Shown here: piece by piece, positions 62,704 to 64,000 of the stretch
Layout of the letters: every line of letters begins with the position of its first letter
How positions within the stretch are numbered: position 1 is the first letter of the stretch
Assembly (NCBI GenBank): GCA_949840905.1
Contig: CATKXW010000001.1
Coordinates: 75,499-139,498 of the forward strand
DNA from: an uncultured Eggerthellaceae bacterium
GTDB taxonomy: Bacteria; Actinomycetota; Coriobacteriia; Coriobacteriales; Eggerthellaceae
Direction: 5' to 3'
DNA length: 64,000 nt
Made by a program: the position numbers and the translations under genes
Notes under the pieces: model-generated
What the model was told of the DNA's origin: nothing
Seen by the model: the letters and a program-made list of their open reading frames with translations, nothing else
The model's database searches: none

Positions 62704-64000
62704 CTAGTCCGCCTTCGTGCTGGTCGCGCCGAACTCAGGTGAGAGCACTTCCCCGCTCAACCCGTCGAGGCTCGGCGAATCAGCCGTGTTGAGCGCCAGC
62801 GGCGCTGCCGGCTTTCCCTTGTGCGTGCGCTTGCCGCGCGCGCCGCCTTTGCCCGACAACCGCCGCTCCAGCATGCCCACCAGCTTCGCCAAGGGCAGCG
62901 TGATGATCAGATAGAAGATGGCCGCCACGATGTAGGGCGTGATGGAGCCGGTGGAGGCCACGATGGTCTTCGCGTACATGACCACCTCCATGACGCCCAC
63001 CGCGGCCAGCATGGAGGTATCCTTGTACAGCAGGATGAACTCGCTGGTCATGGTAGGGATCACCCGCAACACCGTTTGGGGGATGATGACATAGGTCATG
63101 GTCTGAGCGCCGTTCATTCCCAGCGAGCGCGCCGCCTCGGTCTGACCGGCCGGGATCGACTGGATGCCCGCGCGGAATATCTCGCACAGATACGCCGCTG
63201 AGTTCATGGCCAACACGATGACGCCCAGCGGGAACGACGGGATCTGCACCCCCGCCAAGGGAAGGCCGAAGAAGGCGATGTATATCTGCAGGAACAGCGG
63301 CGTGCCGCGCACCACGTTCACATACACCGACGCGATGGCCCGCAGCACGCGGAACCGCGCCATGCGCATGAGCGAGAGCACGAAGCCCACGGGAATGGCC
63401 AGCGGGAAGGCGCAGGCCACGATGCCCACGGCCATGAGGAAGCCCTTGAACACCACCGGGAAGCTCGTCACGATGAGCGCGGGGTTGAAGAACAAGAACA
63501 GGAACTTGTTGGAGTTCCACGCCTGCACCCAGTCCTGCTCGTTGAGGGCCTTGGCCCACTGATCGGTGAGCGAGACGCTCTCCACCATGATGGGCGGGAT
63601 GCCCTCGATGGGGCGCGTGGTGCCCCCGGCCAGCTCGCAGGTGCCCGCGAGCTGCATCTCACCGCCTGAGACCGGGAACGTGACGTCGTATATCTCCACA
63701 CGGAAGTAGGCGCCGGCGGGGGCGGCCTCGGCGAAGCGCGCCTCGAAGGTGCTGTCATCGGCCGTGAGCGCGGCATCGATGACGGTGCGCTCCATCAGGT
63801 CCGCCCCTGACAGCATGGTGATGCGGGAGCCCTCGGTGCCGAAGGTGGCTCCTTCGGGGAAGGTGAAGCTCAAGGCGACCACCGCCTCGTCAGCAGCGGC
63901 CCGCCCCTCCCAGGTGATGCGGGTCACAGAACCGCCCATCACAGCGCTGCCGGTATCGCCGTTGGGCCGTGCCGTGCACTTCACGGTGTCGAGAGCCAGC
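62704..64000 (-). CDS. Polar amino-acid ABC transporter permease with a non-permease N-terminal domain; 5' end outside the window
   Basis: The C-terminal ~220 aa is a HisM/GlnP-type permease (EAARSLGMNG...). The frame stays open upstream of the GTG at 63984 to the window edge, so the gene is partial. Confidence 0.8.
   Translation of the reverse strand, partial: LALDTVKCTARPNGDTGSAVMGGSVTRITWEGRAAADEAVVALSFTFPEGATFGTEGSRITMLSGADLMERTVIDAALTADDSTFEARFAEAAPAGAYFRVEIYDVTFPVSGGEMQLAGTCELAGGTTRPIEGIPPIMVESVSLTDQWAKALNEQDWVQAWNSNKFLFLFFNPALIVTSFPVVFKGFLMAVGIVACAFPLAIPVGFVLSLMRMARFRVLRAIASVYVNVVRGTPLFLQIYIAFFGLPLAGVQIPSFPLGVIVLAMNSAAYLCEIFRAGIQSIPAGQTEAARSLGMNGAQTMTYVIIPQTVLRVIPTMTSEFILLYKDTSMLAAVGVMEVVMYAKTIVASTGSITPYIVAAIFYLIITLPLAKLVGMLERRLSGKGGARGKRTHKGKPAAPLALNTADSPSLDGLSGEVLSPEFGATSTKAD

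Overview
High-GC Gram-positive (Actinomycetota) chromosomal segment. Gene content and order look most like Coriobacteriia, but that is an inference. No rRNA, tRNA, CRISPR array, transposase or prophage gene was seen. Genes are tightly packed and mostly on the minus strand. Many long six-frame ORFs are antisense or alternate-frame artefacts of the high GC content. Layout: (1) 0-4.6 kb: sdaA 3' end, pcrA, a lipoprotein, and chorismate mutase plus DAHP synthase. (2) 4.6-7.6 kb: a ~730 bp stretch with stops in every frame, an EndA/NucA-like nuclease without a signal peptide, and an AAA_14/DUF4143 ATPase. (3) 7.6-10.5 kb: a ThiXYZ-like ABC importer behind a clear TPP riboswitch. (4) tatD, metG, tal, and rho with an Asn/Gln-rich insert. 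(5) 16.1-31.6 kb: a complete dcw cluster (mraZ-rsmH-ftsL-ftsI-murE-murF-mraY-murD-ftsW-murG-murC-murB-ftsQ) with phased GTGGG (MraZ-box) repeats at its promoter. (6) xer recombinase, topA, a GH25 muramidase with ricin-type lectin domains, a DUF1385 protein, thyX, a methyltransferase. (7) 41.5-61.9 kb: a cell-wall glycopolymer locus with an orphan Hpt protein, gtrA, rmlCBDA, glycosyltransferases, a CWB2-anchored GH73 hydrolase, a Wzx-like flippase, a GT2/DUF2304 pair, a large polytopic membrane protein, a 1005-aa three-domain glycosyltransferase, Wzm/Wzt and ugd. (8) An amino-acid ABC transporter running off the window. The most interesting candidate is in the glycopolymer locus. The Wzt/TagH-type export ATPase carries a cytoplasmic C-terminal module that looks like three CWB2 cell-wall-binding repeats. 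That is the same repeat type that anchors the secreted hydrolase encoded 10 kb away, so one fold may be used for both polymer export selection and surface anchoring. All calls come from reading the translations and the DNA; no searches were run.
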